Source: a virus
Taxonomy: Duplodnaviria > Caudoviricetes
DNA length: 26,495 nt
Virus record (IMG/VR): IMGVR_UViG_3300048853_000022
Span: 1 to 26,495 of that record
Direction: 5' to 3' (one strand)
Shown: one piece after another, positions 25,328 through 26,495 of the stretch
Position numbering within the stretch: position 1 is the first letter of the stretch
How the letters are laid out: each line of letters opens with the position of its first letter
Notes under the pieces: generated by a model
Databases searched by the model: none
What the model was told of the DNA's origin: nothing
The model's input: only the letters and a program-made list of their open reading frames with translations
Translations under genes and position numbers: made by a program

Positions 25328-25969
25328 ATGGACCGCGCGAAATTCTTCGCGGCGGTGCGCTCACCCCTGTTCGCCGGAAAGATGTCCGACGCGCAGGTGC
25401 AGGGCATCGACGCAATTCTTGACGAGGCCGAGCGCCGCGGCACGCCCCTGAAGCACCTGGCCTACATGCTCGCCACTGCCTTCCTCGAGACGGCCAGAAC
25501 GATGCAGCCGATTGCCGAATACGGCAAGGGCGCCGGCCGCAAGTACGGCGTCAAAGGCAAGTACGGGCAGGTTCCCTATGGGCGCGGCTATGTCCAGCTA
25601 ACGTGGGACTCGAACTATGAGCGCGCCGATAAGGAGCTTGGCCTGAAAGGTGCGCTGCTGCGCGATTTCAATCTCGCAATGCGGCAGGACATTGCGGCCA
25701 AAATCATGTTCGAGGGCATGACCGACGGTTGGTTCACCGGCAAACGGCTGAACGACTACATCGTCGGCGACAGGGCCGATTACGTCGGCGCGCGCAAAAT
25801 CATAAACGGCACGGACAAGGCCAAGACGATCGCCGGCCACGCAGCCGTGTTCGAGGCGGCGCTAAAGGCTGCCGGCTTTGGCGCGCGCGCCGTTGTTCCG
25901 GTTGCCGGCGGCTTCTGGGCTGCGCTCGGCCGCTTCCTGCTAGCGCTCATCAAAGGGGGCAAGAAATGA
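25328..25969 (+). CDS. Endolysin, glycoside hydrolase family 19
   Basis: RBS AGGAG; LAYMLATAFLET, YGRGYVQLTW..NY and ARKIINGTDKA motifs; first gene of the lysis cassette. Confidence 0.92.
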   Translation: MDRAKFFAAVRSPLFAGKMSDAQVQGIDAILDEAERRGTPLKHLAYMLATAFLETARTMQPIAEYGKGAGRKYGVKGKYGQVPYGRGYVQLTWDSNYERADKELGLKGALLRDFNLAMRQDIAAKIMFEGMTDGWFTGKRLNDYIVGDRADYVGARKIINGTDKAKTIAGHAAVFEAALKAAGFGARAVVPVAGGFWAALGRFLLALIKGGKK

Positions 25970-26166
25970 CCGTCTGGATTCGCATTGCGCTCTACATGGT
26001 CGCTGGGTGGCTCTACGGCTCCGGCTACATCGGCGAGGAAGTCAGGGCCATGATTACCGAGGATCCCGCCATCGCAGCCTCCATTGAGGCGGGCATTGTT
26101 GCAGCTATCGGCGCCATTCCCGTCGCTTGGTGGCAGTGGGCCAGGAAGATGGGGCGGCCGACGTGA
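25966..26166 (+). CDS. Putative holin
   Basis: ATGA overlap with the endolysin; 66 aa with two hydrophobic segments and a basic C-terminus (WWQWARKMGRPT). Confidence 0.75.
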   Translation: MTVWIRIALYMVAGWLYGSGYIGEEVRAMITEDPAIAASIEAGIVAAIGAIPVAWWQWARKMGRPT

Positions 26167-26417
26167 TCGCCCTGTTTTTCGCGGGCATTTGGTCCCGCAT
26201 CTCAGGCTGGCTAACAACTGCCAGCGTTGCGCTCGCGATCGTCGCGGGCGCTTTCTTTTACGGACGCTCCAGCGGCAAGGCTGATGCCAAGGCGGAGCAG
26301 GCTAAGGCAAACGCCAAAGCCATAAAACAGGCGAGGGGCGTCGAAGATGAAGTTCAAAACATGGGGGGTGGCGACGTTGATCGCGCTATCTCTAAGTGGC
26401 TGCGTGACGCAGGGTAA
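26163..26417 (+). CDS. Inner-membrane spanin (Rz-like)
   Basis: GTGA overlap with the holin; N-terminal TM segment followed by an Ala/Lys-rich coiled coil. Confidence 0.75.
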   Translation: MIALFFAGIWSRISGWLTTASVALAIVAGAFFYGRSSGKADAKAEQAKANAKAIKQARGVEDEVQNMGGGDVDRAISKWLRDAG

Positions 26418-26495
26418 CTACTGCGACATTGCGCGCGCCGTTCGGCCGTCCGTCGAAGACAAGATGACGGAAGGAACCAAGCGCCAGATCCTGGC
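26347..26495 (+). CDS. Outer-membrane lipoprotein spanin (Rz1-like), 3'-truncated; absent from the ORF track
   Basis: MKFKTWGVATLIALSLSG-CVTQGNYCDIARAVRPS...: basic N-region, hydrophobic core and lipobox LSGC; overlaps the i-spanin 3' end in the +1 frame. Confidence 0.85.
   Translation, partial: MKFKTWGVATLIALSLSGCVTQGNYCDIARAVRPSVEDKMTEGTKRQIL

Larger units (their letters stand above)
1..26495 (+). mobile_element. Temperate siphophage/prophage late region (HK97-like head, lambda-like non-contractile tail, lysis cassette); both ends lie outside the window
   Basis: Co-oriented canonical order HNH-terS-terL-portal-protease-capsid-connectors-tail tube-TAC-TMP-tail tip-tailspike-endolysin-holin-spanins. 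Confidence 0.97.

Noticed and set aside
1-26495. CRISPR array, IS element, integrase or att site
   Set aside because: No regularly spaced direct repeats, transposase or recombinase ORF seen by eye; short dispersed repeats could have been missed.

Overview
The window is the late (morphogenesis and lysis) half of a temperate HK97/lambda-like siphophage, most likely a prophage of a Rhizobiaceae-type alphaproteobacterium; the host is inferred from the gene families, GC-rich coding style and an EcfG-type promoter. Plus-strand order: putative late regulator (5' end outside the window), HNH nuclease, TerS, TerL, portal, prohead protease, HK97 major capsid, connector/closure/gp10/terminator genes, tail tube, frameshifted tail chaperones, tape measure with a lysozyme domain, tail tip module, beta-helix tailspike with S74 chaperone, GH19 endolysin, holin, and overlapping i-/o-spanins (the o-spanin runs off the end). 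Four accessory inserts interrupt this backbone: (1) a Panacea antitoxin plus RelE-like toxin pair; (2) an antisense DUF3606 plus 73-aa pair behind a consensus general-stress (EcfG/RpoE2) promoter; (3) an antisense Zn-ribbon-YbjQ gene between the chaperones and the tape measure; (4) a divergent trypsin-like protease plus HEPN-like protein pair between the tailspike and the lysis genes, which is the best candidate for an undescribed anti-phage system. Two further signals are a portal C-terminus resembling the alphaproteobacterial ssrA degradation tag, and a structured late leader with terminator-shaped hairpins repeated just before the RBS of several structural genes. All protein calls come from motif recognition and synteny; no database search was run.
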